From: the human T2T-CHM13v2.0 reference genome, Homo sapiens
Strand: one strand, 5' to 3'
NCBI RefSeq assembly: GCF_009914755.1
Contig: NC_060928.1
DNA: 64,000 nucleotides
The translations under genes were made by a program, and so were the position numbers. Below are positions 37,241-50,100 of this stretch, one piece after another. The first letter of the stretch is position 1. Every line of letters begins with the position of its first letter. Under the pieces are notes generated by a model, which saw only the letters and a program-made list of their open reading frames with translations, had not been told where the DNA came from and made no database searches.

Positions 37241-40200
37241 TTTTAAAACTTCAGCTTGGGAGAAATGATAAATTATCTACAGCGAAATTACATTAGAATG
37301 AGTGGAATCATTAGAGCAACAATAGAAACCAAAACTATTTTGAGATAAAATACAGGTTAATCTAGCTAAATCCTTAAAGAAAAAAGAAAAATGTACAGAT
37401 AAATTGAAAACGAAGAGCTTATCACTATCCAAATATTCTAAAAGGATGCTTGAAATGTATTTTTTAGGAAAAAGTAAAATGACTTCAAAGGAAATACTGA
37501 GATGCAAGGAAAAATAGCAAAGACGAAGTTAATAAACATATGGGTAAAATTCAGACAAACATTGGCCGTATAACACAATAATAATGAATAACACTGGGAG
37601 GCTAACAAAAGATATTAAAACCATGTAACATAATAAGTAAGAATAGAGAATACAATTGTTTTTATAATGTTTTAAGATCCTTGTATTTTGAGTATGTATA
37701 ATAAAAATTAGGATAACCATTAAGAATAAAAAGCGTATATAATTTCCAAATGAACTAATTGGAAAATGAAGCTAAAAATCAGTCCACAAGAATGCAAAAA
37801 CAAAAGAATAGAAAACAGGATGCTTAGCATAAGAGAACATAGTAGAAATAATTACATAAACATAAATTGATCAATTCATTAAGAGTTAGAGATTAGTTAT
37901 AACATGAAGCTATTTATATACATTTTATAAACATGCAAAGAAGGTACTGTTCTTTATGGATTATACAGCTTTAGTAAAAATAAATAAATTTCTGAATAAT
38001 CAATTTTTCACATAGGCCAGTGATTTTCTTAGGAGTACATTGAGCGTTTCATACATGATGCCCATTAGTTACTTCTTCATTCCTTTCATAGACGGGAAAC
38101 ATTTGCTAATATGTAGGTGAAAACCCAGATTGGATTTTAATCTGTTTTTGAATCAAGAAGTTGCTGCACTCAGTAATATTGCACATGGTAATTTTAATTA
38201 TCAAAAACCATCTATGTATTGTAGTATTTCTACTGTATGTATTTTAGTTTTTTAGCCACCTGCTGTTTTAATGTTTGATGTAGTATCTTCGAATTATGGC
38301 TTGAAACATGACAAGAGCAAAGAAACTAATTTTCATAAGCAGCATCTTAGAAGTTGAGACATATCTTAGATCTGAGAGATGAGAAATGGCCTCAGATATG
38401 GGAAAACTGGAATGTAGAAAAACATTTAAGCTAGTATCTGGTTACAAGGATTTTCTATCTTCCTATTGCTCATTTTTAAGGGGGTGCTATTTTAGGTAAT
38501 GTGAAGAGTAGAATGAATTCCCCTATTCTCCCAGTTTCCAACACCACAATCTGCACCATCTGTATTAAATGACACTTTTTGCCCAACGGAGCAATAGAAT
38601 TTGTTATATTAGCTTTTGTGAGATAAATGACTTGTTGCAATCCTCCAGTTTAACTAACATGAAATTCTCACCATCCTATCATTCCTTAGACTAGTTTGAG
38701 TGTTGACAGAATGTTCACCAAAATCACTTCAGAGCCTGACACATAACACCCAATCAATGGTCTTCCTTTCTGCTCAATTTTTCTTTCTTCTGAAATATAT
38801 TCTTTTACTTTTTGGATATTGATGAACAAATGCCTTGTTTTACTTTATTACATTTTTTCCAGTAACTTTGGAAAATTAATGGAGATATTTACAGATACTT
38901 TTTTATTATGATTATAGCTATGACATTTGGTTTACTTCATTACTCATCCTGTAGACACAAGGGAATATGGCTGAGGATAATAAGAGAGTATTAACTGCTG
39001 CAATCTCATACATTTCCAAAATTATGTTTTCTTACCCAAAACTAGCATGTTGCTTACAGAAAAATTAGAATATATAAAAACTAAAATATTAATCTAATCT
39101 CACCATCCAACAATAACCACTGATGTTCCCAATGGTAGTTTTTAAATGAAATTATTTGATTTGCAACCAGGTATAATAGACAAATGGAAAAATATCTAGA
39201 TAAAGAAATATCTACATATATTATTTCTATCAAGCAATTTATCTTTCTATTTATTGCTTTAAACTGTAAATCAACAAAGAATACTTAATAATTCTCTTGC
39301 AATTAGAAGGTAAACTTTTTTTAGATAATTTTACAATTGTTTTAAAGTTATAAGTTGTATATAAATTTGAAAGTAAGAATTTTATGTTTCAACTTTGAAG
39401 TAAGTTGCCTTTATTGTAATCATCTGATCCACAGGTGAGTATCTGCTGGTGTTGGCGGTAACATAACTTGAATTCTGAAGTTGTTTCATTTGTGATTTTT
39501 TAATGACCTGTTTGCCTCTTAGATTTAGTATTTTTAGACTCACCTGCAATATTTCAAAAAATCCAATTTGATTAGTCATGTATACCCTATTCTAAAAATG
39601 TTCACTTTTTTATTATTCAAGATAGGCAGGGTTAATGAAACTCTTCTAGGATATCTTAAAGTTTATGTACATAATAATGATTCATCGATAAAAGTTAGAA
39701 ATGTTGCACATTTTTCAGGACACCGACTTTTAAAAAATTATACAAAGGAGATAACAGAAATAATATTACAAACCGATTTGCCTGAATAAGTCCTACTACA
39801 TAGATTGTCAAGTTGAATTAAACTTCATTTTAGGGGCTGTAATCAATAGTCAAATAAAAGCTTACTGGGATTTGAGGAATTTCATATTCAAGTTTCCAAC
39901 ACTTCCTCTAACAAAATAAGGATCTGAATAAATCAACTACAGAACAAAGACATCCATCAAGTCAGACATATACTATGAATTTTTTGGACATTATTAAAAA
40001 ATACTTTTTTCTCTGTTGTTTTCCCTTCCATTTCCTGAAAATTTTGGAGTAACACGATTTTCTTTGTTCTAATTTTCTATTTTTGAAGGTTATAAGGATA
40101 TAAGTTAAAAATATGCTATTTTCAAGTGTGTTTGGTAAAGTATGTTATTATTGCATGCTTTTCCAGGACTTCATAAAGTTAAAAATTGAATAAATCACAA

Positions 40201-40651
40201 CATTTAAAAAAGGCAGAGATGTTAGTTGAGCAGGGCACTTTCTAAAAGTGAGTTGCTCAGGCAGTTGTCTGATTCACATGAATTTGTGAAAAATCTCTCC
40301 TTAAATTTGGAAGGGAGAGCTGCACTAACAATAAATCCTTTTTTGGTTAAACAAAATCAATAATAGAGTTCTAAAACACAATCAATAACACAATGTTAAA
40401 CTAAATTAATCTAATTAATAAAAACTATTAGTTTTATACTAAACTAATCTAAAAATACTTTATAATTTATATTTTTAGAATATAGCAATTTAACCATTTG
40501 GGTAACTCAATTGTCCTGATGTGATTATATTCAAAACATTAATTAGAACACATACCATTAGAAAGATGCCAATAAAACAAATCAAATGCAAGGTTTCTTT
40601 GCTCATTTTCAATATTAGCTTAAATTTTGCCTTATGTTTTTCACTGCATGA

Positions 40652-40985
<334 letters not shown>

Positions 40986-41407
40986 GCAAACACTCTTTAA
41001 TTAAAATCACTGTTTTCTTGATTAATAGTATATGACTTTGGTCAAAAAAACTCCTCAGTTTTCTCACATGTAAAATAGTAACAGTAGCAATAATACTACC
41101 TTTGTCTCAAAGGATTAAATTATATAACCTATAGAAACACAATGGATAACTATAACACATACAAATTTGATAGAGAGTCTTCCATAGATGTTCCCATAGG
41201 TGTTATTGCTTCCACAGGTGTCTCAGACTTGCATTGCTCACATTGCTTGATTTTCTACTCATCTAGCTGAGATAAGAATTATTTGTCTTCATAATTTATT
41301 GAATCAGATCAGGCAAATGTTTTCTGAGTCTGAAAAGATTTTCCTTCCATGGTCTAGAATTTAGATTTCTGTTTATTTTAAGTATATTGTGTTGGTCCGG
41401 TACCGCT

Positions 41408-41722
41408 GTTTATTTTTATTTTTATTTTTTGAGACAGGGTCCTACTCTGTCACTCAGGCTGGAGAGCAGTGGCATGAACATGGCTCATTGTAGCCTCTAC
41501 CTCTGGGGCCCAAGTAATCCTCCCATTTCAGCCCCCCAAGTAGGTGGGACCACAGGCACCACCATACCCAGCTAATTACATTTTTTTTTTTTTTTTTTTT
41601 TTTTGTAGAGAGGGGTCTCACCATGTTGCTCAGGCTGTTCTCAAACTTCTGGGCTCAAGGTATTCACCTGCCTTGCTCTCCCAAAGTGTTGGGACTATAG
41701 GTGTGAGCCACTGCATCTGGCC
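41408..41722 (-). mobile_element. AluJ
   Basis: Diverged dimeric Alu with (TTTTTA)n tail and a long central T tract. Confidence 0.92.
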
Positions 41723-42109
41723 CCAGTGTTCTATTGACTGGCAGGTTGAATGATTTACTCATGAGAATTCTAAATAAAACAATCCATAGTATTTTATCAG
41801 CAAGATATTGCCTAGATATATGTTCCTATATAATGAAAGTTTTATTCTTGAGGTAAATTTATTAGGAATATTTGATTGATAGTAAAAATAAGAGTCCATT
41901 TTTCTCCTGCTTTGAGTTAGGTCATTTGATCTCACAATCTATTGACATAAGCATACTTAAAGTACTGAGTTTTACTATGCCAGTTTTATAAATAATATAA
42001 CAGGCATAGGTTAAAGTGTTTGTTTGCACAAATTGACACTAGTGGAACTGGAATTTAAATGTAAACTTTCCCACCCCAAATACAGTGGTTTTCCCATTAT
42101 GCTTTAATT

Positions 42110-42325
42110 CCTTTATTTATTATGTTTTATTTTGGTTTTATATTGATGAGATACAGTGTGTGCTTCAACACATATGTATATTGTGCCATAATCAATTTAG
42201 GGAAATTAGTGCATCTGTCATCTCAACCACTTGCCATTTCTTTGTGGTAAGAACATTTAAGACCCTCTTTTCTAGCTATTTTTGAAGTATATATTATTAC
42301 CAACTCTAGTCACCCTACTGTAACA
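42110..42325 (-). mobile_element. L1MA 3'-end fragment
   Basis: CATTTCTTTGTGGTAAGAACATTTAAGACCCTCTTTTCTAGCTATTTTTGAA. Confidence 0.75.
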
Positions 42326-42913
42326 GTTCTCATTTATTTTATGATTTAAAAAACTATTTATTGAGCACCAGCTGCAATCGGTATTGCACTATGCACTGGA
42401 AATACAGAGGTGAACAAAGCAGGCCAGTTCCTATAGTTATGGAACTTAGAGTCTTGTGTCTCAAGATAACAGTTACATTAGTTGCCTAAGAGGATTGTCA
42501 TTTCAACCCACAAACCCTGGTGCTCTTCAGAAAGAACACATTTGCTAGAACCCTCAGTGCTTTGAGCAAGAGTCTATTGATGTGATTTCTCTTTCCAGTG
42601 TGGTCATATAAGGATCCAAACATCCTTCAAAATAATAGCAATGTATACTGAACAAATTACAAAACAAAAACAAAGCCAGAAGGCCCTAGAGAGTGAAGAA
42701 AGGCAGGCACCTTCTAGAATGGAGTTGAAATTTGAAAGAAGAGAGCAGCATTGGATAAATTTCTCAGTTTTCATGATTTTTAGCTTAGAGGTAGGCTGAA
42801 ATTAGCACCAATTAGGGTGACTAAAACTCCTAATGAAACCCCAATCTTTTTATGACCTAAAGAATGTGAGGACAGTGTTTGGGGAACCAGAGTCACTAGA
42901 AAGTGAGAGTGGA

Positions 42914-43991
42914 CTTCCTCTCTTCCTATTTGAATACTCTGTATTTTTTTCTTTTGCCGGATTGCCCTAGCCAGAACTTCCAATACTATGTTGAATAGGA
43001 GTGGTGAGAGAGGGCATCCTTGTCTTGTGCCAGTTTTCAAAGGGAATGCTTATAAATCATTCCGCTATAAAGACACATGCACACGTATGTTTATTGCAGC
43101 ACTATTCACAATAGCAAAGACTTGGAACCAACCCAAATGCCCATCAGTGATAGACTGAATTAAGAAAATGTGGCACATATACACCATGGAATACTATGCA
43201 GCCACAAAAAAGGATGACTTCAGGTCCTTTATAGGGACATGGATGAAGCTGGAAACTATCATTCTCAGCAAACTAACACAGGAACAGAAAACCAAACACC
43301 ACATGCTCTCACTCATAGGTGGGAGTTGAAGAATGAGAACACATGGATACAAGGAGGGGAATATCACACACCAGGGCCTGTTGGGAGGTGGGGGGCTAGG
43401 GGAGGGATAGCATAAGGAGAAAGACCTAAATGTAGATGACGGGTTGATGGGTGGTGCAAACCACCAAGGCACGTGTATATCTATGTAATGAACCTGCACA
43501 TTCTGCACGTGTCCCAAAATTTAAAGTATAATTTTTTTAAAAAAGAAAGAAGCCAGTATGAAAAGCTGTCATATTATCCTAGCTATATGACATTCTAGAA
43601 AAGGCAAGATAAAGAAAACAAAGAGATCAGTTGTTACCAATGATTCAGGGGAAGACAAAGATTGATAGGAAGGGGAAGATTGATGAGTAGGTAGGGCACA
43701 GGGGATTTTTAGGGCTATGCATTTGGCAAAACCCATATAACTGTATGAGACAAGGGATGAACCCTAATGTAAACTATGAACTTTAGTTATACTAAGGTAT
43801 CAATATTGTTTCATAGATAGATTGTAACAAATGTTCCACACAAATGCAAGATGTTAATAATAAGGAAACCTGTGGTATGTGTTGCAGGACATGTGTTGCA
43901 GTATGGGGGAGTGGGGGACAAGTATATGAATACTCTGTACTTCTTGTTCAGTTTTTCTGTAAAATTAAAACTGTTCTGAGAAAAAACAAGG
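42914..43991 (+). mobile_element. 5'-truncated, 5'-inverted L1PA7/8-like insertion followed by ~430 bp of L1MC 3' end inside one TSD (probable 3' transduction)
   Basis: Inverted ORF2 piece 42914-43050, sense 3' end 43050-43550, L1MC-type segment 43551-43980, A-rich tail; TSD AAGTGAGAGTGGA at 42901-42913 and 43992-44004. Confidence 0.85.
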
Positions 43992-44526
43992 AAGTGAGAG
44001 TGGAACCCTGGAAAGGAGAGCTGTTCTATATACTGTATGTAAACTCTCCCTAACTCTCTGGCTGACTCCTGAACCATGTATACTCAGAGCAGATTCCAAG
44101 GAGCCCAGCTAAAGTCTGAACTTAGTAATGGAAGGCCCTATCCAGAGCTGTCATGCAAGAAAAAGAAATAAAAGACGTCCAAATTAGAAAAGGGGAAGTC
44201 AAATTATCTCTGGGGGCTGAAAACATGATTGTACACCTAGAAAACCCTAAAGACTCCTCTAGAAGACTCCCAGACTGATCAGTAACCTCAGTAAAGTCTC
44301 AGGAGACAAAATCAGCACATGAAAATCAGTAGATCAGTAGCATTTCTATAAACCAACAGCATTCAGGCTTAGAACTAAATTAAGAATTTTATCCCATTTA
44401 CAATAGCCAAACAAACAAAGAAACCCAGGAATACCTTTAACCAAAAAGGTGAAAGGGCTTTATAAGGGGAACTACAAAACACTGCCGAAAGAAACTGTAG
44501 ATGACACAAATAAATGGAAAAACATC

Positions 44527-45770
44527 TGATATGGTTTGGCTCTGTGTACCCACCCAAACCTCACCTTGAATTGTAATCTGAATAGTAATCCCCACTGTTG
44601 AGGGTGGGACCTGGTGGGAGGTGACTGTATCACAGAGGCAGTTTCTCCCAGACTGTTCTTGTGATAGTGAGTTCTCATGATATCTGATGGTTTTAAAAGT
44701 GGTAGTTTCCCCCTCTTTCTCTCTCTCTCCTGCCACCATGTAAGATGTGCCTTGCTTCCCCTCCACCTTCTGCTATGATTGTAAGTTTCCTGAGGCCTCC
44801 CAGCCATGCAGGACTGTGAGTCAATTAAACCTCTTTCTTTTTTTTTTTAATTTTATTATTATTACACTTTAAGTTTTAGGGTACATGTGCACAATGTGCA
44901 GGTTTGTAACATATGTATACATGTGCCATGTTGGTGTGCTGCACCCATTAACTTGTCATTTAGCATTAGGTATATCTCCTAATGCTATCCCTCCCCCCTC
45001 CCCCCACCCCACAACAGTCCCCAGAATGTGGTGTTCCCCTTCCTGTGTCCATGTGTTCTCATTGTTCAATTCCCACCTATGAGTGAGAACAAGCATTGTT
45101 TGTTTTTTTGTCCTTGTGATAGTTTGCTGAGAATGATGGTTTCCAGTTTCATCCATGTCCCTACAAAGGACATGAACTCATCATTTTTTATGGCTGCATA
45201 GTATTCCATGGTGTATATGTGCCACATTTTCTTAATCCAGTCTATCATTGTTGGACATTTGGGTTGGTTTCAAGTCTTTGCTATTGTGAATAGTGCCGCA
45301 ATAAACATACATGTGCATGTGTCTTTATAGCAGCATGATTTATAATCCTTTGGGTATATACCCAGTAATGAGATGGCTGGGTCAAATGGTATTTCTAGTT
45401 CTAGATCCCTGAGGAATCGCCACACTGATTTCCACAATGGTTGAACTAGTTTACAAATTTACAAGAAAAAAACAAACAACCCCATCAAAAAGTGGGTGAA
45501 GGACATGAAGGACACTTCTCAAAAGAAGACATTTATGCAGCCAAAAAACACATGAAAAAATGCTCATCATCACTGGCCATGAGAGAAATGCAAATCAAAC
45601 CCACAATGAGATACCATCTCACACCAGTTAGAATGGCGATCATTAAAAAGTCAGGAAACAACAGGTGCTGGAGAGGATGTGGAGAAATAGGAACAGTTTT
45701 ACACCTCTTTCTTTATAAATTCCCCACTCTCAGGTATTCTTTATAGCAATGTGAAAATGGACTAAATACA
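44527..45770 (+). mobile_element. THE1D/MSTA-like solo LTR split by an L1PA
   Basis: TGATATGGTTTGGCTCTGTGT...GGACTAAATACA; TSD ACATC (44522-44526 / 45771-45775). Confidence 0.92.
44841..45702 (-). mobile_element. 5'-truncated L1PA3-5-like element with twin-priming inversion
   Basis: Minus-sense 3' end 44841-45455 and plus-sense segment 45453-45704; 12-bp TSD ACCTCTTTCTTT (44829-44840 / 45703-45714). Confidence 0.95.
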
Positions 45771-47024
45771 ACATCCCATGCTCATAGATTGGAAAAATCA
45801 ATATCATTAAAATGACCGTATTACCCAAATCAATCTATGGGTTCAATGCAACCCCTATCAAATTAACATCATTTCTTCACAGAATTAGAGATAACAATCC
45901 TAAAGTCCATATGGAACCCCAAAAAAGCCCAAATAGGCAGAGGACTCCTGAGCCAAAAGAATGAAGCCAGAAGCATCACATTGCCTGACTTCAAATTATA
46001 CCACAAGGCTAAAGTAACTAAAACAGCACAGTACTGGCACAAAAATAGACACATAAATCAATGGTACAGAATAGAGAACCCAGAAATAAAGCCACATACC
46101 TACAATCAACTGATCTTCAACAAAGTGAACAAAAATACACAATATGGTAAATACACCTTATTTAATAAATGGTGCTGGGAAAATTGGCTAGCCATATGCG
46201 GAAGAATGATGCACCGCCCTGTATCTCTCATCATAGACAAAAATTAACTCAAGATGGACTAAAGACCTATACATAACACCTGAAATTATAAAAATCCTAG
46301 AAGAAAACCTAGAAAAAACTCTTCTGACATCAGCTTAGGCAAAGAATTTATGATGAAGACGGTGAAAGAAAATGCAACAAAACCCAAAATAGACAAATGG
46401 GACTTAATTAAACTAAAATGTTTTTGCACAGCAAAAGAAATAGTCGACAGGATAAACAGAAAACCTGCAGAAAGGGAGAAAGTATTGACAAATTATACTT
46501 CTAACTAAGGATTAATGTCCAGAATCTACAAGAAACTCAAACAACTCGACATGAAAAATAATTAAAAATTTGACAAAGGACATGAACAGATATTTATCAA
46601 AAGAACACATATAAGTGGCCAACAAACCCATGAAAAAATACTCAACTCATCATCAGATAAATGCAAATTAAAACCACCTCACACCAGCCAGAGTGGCTCT
46701 TATTAAAAAGTTAAAAAACAACAGATGTTGGAGTAGATGTAGAGAAAAGGGAATACTCATACACTGTTGGTGGGAATGTAAATTAGCTTAACATCTATGG
46801 AAAACAGTATGGAGATATCTCAAAGAACTAAAAATATAACTACCATTTGACCCAGCAATTCCACTACAATTCCACTACTGGCTATCTACCCAAAGGAAAA
46901 AAATACTCATCAGACAAAAAAGACACCTGCACTTGTATGTTTATTGCAGCACTATTTATGATAGTAAATTCATGAAACCAACCTAAATGCCCACCAACAG
47001 CTGATTGGATGAAGAAAATGTGAG

Positions 47025-47089
47025 TATATATACATACATATATACACACACACATATACATACATATATACACACACACACACACACAC
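47025..47089. repeat. (TA)/(CA) compound microsatellite
   Basis: TATATATACATACA...CACACACAC within the L1PB. Confidence 0.92.
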
Positions 47090-48532
47090 CATTGAATACT
47101 ATGGAGCTATCCTATATATACTGTAATATAAAATACTATGTATACTATACTATACTATAAAAAAGAATGAAATTCTATCCTTTGCAGCAACATGGATGGA
47201 GATAGTCTATCTTAAGTGAACTAACACAGAAAATAAACTGTCACGTGTTCTTACTTATCAGTGGGAGTTAAACAAATAGTACACATGGACATTAAGATGG
47301 AAAGCATAGACTCTGGGGACTCCAAATGTAGTGGTAGGGGGCATTGACAAATTACCTACTTTGCACAATGTTCAATAATTGGGTGATGGGTACACAACAT
47401 GCTCAACCCCCACTATTATGCTTATAATACCCATGTAAAAATAAGTAGCCTTAAATTTAAAATGAAATTTTAAAAGTAAAGTCTGAACTTAAATGAGATT
47501 GGAGCTGCTGCCTGAGATGGAATTTGCAGTTGGAATCCAATCAAATTAATTGCTTGCTAAAAGAAAAACATCAATGCTCTTTGGAGGACTATAATAAAAT
47601 CTATAGATTTCATAACTTAACTTTTACAATGTCTGGAATACAACCCAAATTGCTCAACCTATGAAGAAACAAACAAAAAAATGTGACCCAGTCTCTAACA
47701 ACTAAGACCCCTAAGATTACTGAGTTGTTAATATTAGAATATAGGTGGTAGGTAAATGGATATACACCTTCTTTCACCTTTGCCATGTATTTGTGAATAA
47801 TCACACAAAAGTATGAAAAAAAAAGAGTCAGTGATGTTAGATCATATTTCATACCTTCCTCTTCTTTTCATTCTCCCATTCCACTTTCTCCATAAGTCAT
47901 AGCTTCAGTTTCTTCATAGGTTCTACTTTAAATGTCTTACTGGACATCACATTTTACAATCTTTAGCACCACATATAGAACTTAGCATATAATAGACACT
48001 CAAAATATTTTTTTAACTTAAATACTGAGTATTAGAGTTCCATTAGATTTTCCTATAGAACAACACAGTTACAGTGTCTTATGAGTAAATGTGGTTTAAT
48101 GATTTTTTTTTTTACCTCCATGAATGATTTGTAAACATGACTAATGGCACCAAACACCCTGATTTTAACCAAAGCCTATTTTTAGATGGCCCATTCCTCT
48201 TTGGCTAAAACACTGCCTCAGCTTTGAAAGCTAAGTCCCAGCTTATGTACTTAAGTTCCTTTTATTAGCTCCACATACTACTACACAAGCAAAGAGCACA
48301 TGTGCTGTGCATTTTTTGTGTCATTAAATGCAATTTTCTTACAAGTATAAGCTCGATCCTGTGTCAAGAAAGGTACAACCTGAATTGATAACACTGATAA
48401 GATGCCACTACAGGTATTTGTTTTTTAAAATAGCCTTATCTTATTAAATATTCAGCTAAAAAATACATATGATGATTCTTTCATGTTGGAAGGTCTAGTT
48501 TATTCTTAACCCAAAACATTTTTAAATGGTGG

Positions 48533-48912
48533 TGTATTAGTCTGTTTTCATATTGCTATGAATAACTGCCTGAGACTGGGTAATTCATAAAGGAAAGAGG
48601 TTTAATTGACTCACACAGTTCAGCATGGCTAGGGAGGCCTCTGGAAACTTATAATCATGGCAGAAGGCAAAGGGGAAGCAAGGCACCTTCATCACAAGAC
48701 AGCAGGAAGGAGATGTGTCAAGTGAAAGGGACAGAGCCCCTTATAAAAGCACCAGATCTCATGAGAACTCACTCACTATCATGAGAACAGTATATGGGAG
48801 ATTGCCCCCATGATTTAGTTACCTCCACCTGGTCTCTCTCTTGACATGTGGGGATTATGGGGATTATAATTAAAGATGAGATTTTGGTGGAGACACAAAG
48901 CCTCACCATAAA
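48533..48912 (-). mobile_element. THE1C/D-like solo LTR
   Basis: TGTATTAGTCTGTTTTCA... similar to the LTRs at 31430 and 33331; TSD GGTGG (48528-48532 / 48913-48917). Confidence 0.93.
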
Positions 48913-49412
48913 GGTGGGGAGGAGCTTATGAAAAATTTAAAAAAATCATTCATACACTGAGAGACTAATAATAAAATTAAAATTAATTTTGTAATATTCT
49001 TAATGAACTAATTCAATGACTAATACTCCCAATGATATTAGATAGGTGTGATCTTTGTCATCAGACTTTCAGAAGAGCAAATTCATTAGGAATTAAACCA
49101 TGACATGAAATTAATTTTAAATACCCTACATCCTGTCTAGAAAATTCACCTCACCAGTAGTAATTTAAATAAAATCCTGTTGTTTATCATAATTCCTTTC
49201 AGCAATAGAGCAACCTTGACAGATCCAATTTTGTAATGGACAATTTACTCTGGTTAGTAATTAGGTGAGTGGTTAAAACATTGTTTCTGTATAATAGGAT
49301 ACATTTCTTTTAAGTGGCCCCAGTATTATTGTCTTGGTCTAGTTCATGAATTAGCCTTTGTAATGTCCATAGACAGAACTTTTTAATAGATTATCTAGCC
49401 TCAGAAGATGTT

Positions 49413-49815
49413 TGATATGGTTTGAATGTTTGTTCTCTCCAAATCTCATGTTGAGAGATAATCCTCAGTTTTGGAGGTGGGGCTGGGTGGGAGGTGTTTG
49501 GATCATGGTGGGGATCGTTCATTAATGGCTTAGCACCATCTCCTTGGTGATGAGTGAATTCACATGAGATTTGGTTGTTTAAAAGCATGTGGAACCTGCC
49601 CCACTCTCTCTGGCTCCCTTTCTTGCCACGTGATTTGCCGGCTTCCCCCTTGCCTTCCGCCATGAACGTAAGCTTCCTGAGGCCCTTAACAGAAATAGAT
49701 GTTGGCACTGTACTTTGTGTATAGGCTACAGAACCATGAGCCAATTAAACCTCTTTTCTTTATGTTACCCAGCCTCAGGTATTTCTTTATTGTAACACAA
49801 ACACAGACTCATACA
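49413..49815 (+). mobile_element. MSTB-like solo LTR
   Basis: TGATATGGTTTGAATGTTTG...CAGACTCATACA; near-TSD ATGTT/ATATT. Confidence 0.9.
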
Positions 49816-49899
49816 ATATTCTAAGATTTTACAAAACAGCATTTTAAATTTCACTTTAGTATTCACATCATTCATTACTCACCTGAAAGCAGGGTAGAG

Positions 49900-50100
49900 T
49901 GTCAATGGAGAGTTTGTATCACAGCGCCACCATGGATCAGCTGACAAAGACCTTCAGCAATCACTTAACCTCTCGGCTTCTTTCTCTCCAGATATGTAAA
50001 ATGGCAATAACTACCACATTGTGTCATTAATGATGAAATGACTGATGTAAAGCACTTAGAATGAAACCTGGCTTCCGATAAGTATTACATGTTAGTTAAT
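49900..50100 (+). mobile_element. MIR
   Basis: Core CAATCACTTAACCTCTC...TGTAAAATGGCAATAA and tail TGTAAAGCACTTAGAA. Confidence 0.75.

Larger units (their letters stand above)
44125..47476 (+). mobile_element. 5'-truncated L1PB-like element (RT to 3' UTR), interrupted
   Basis: ORF2 remnants ([27 protein letters not shown]...), L1PB-type 3' UTR; perfect 15-bp TSD TAAAGTCTGAACTTA (44110-44124 / 47477-47491). Confidence 0.92.

Noticed and set aside
40395-40470. AT-rich palindrome AAAACTATTAGTTTT and nearby reiterations
   Set aside because: Expected by chance in very AT-rich low-complexity sequence.
49926-50030. Perfect Kozak GCCACCATGG opening a 32-codon ORF
   Set aside because: Sits within a MIR relic, with no promoter context and a very short ORF; compatible with chance.
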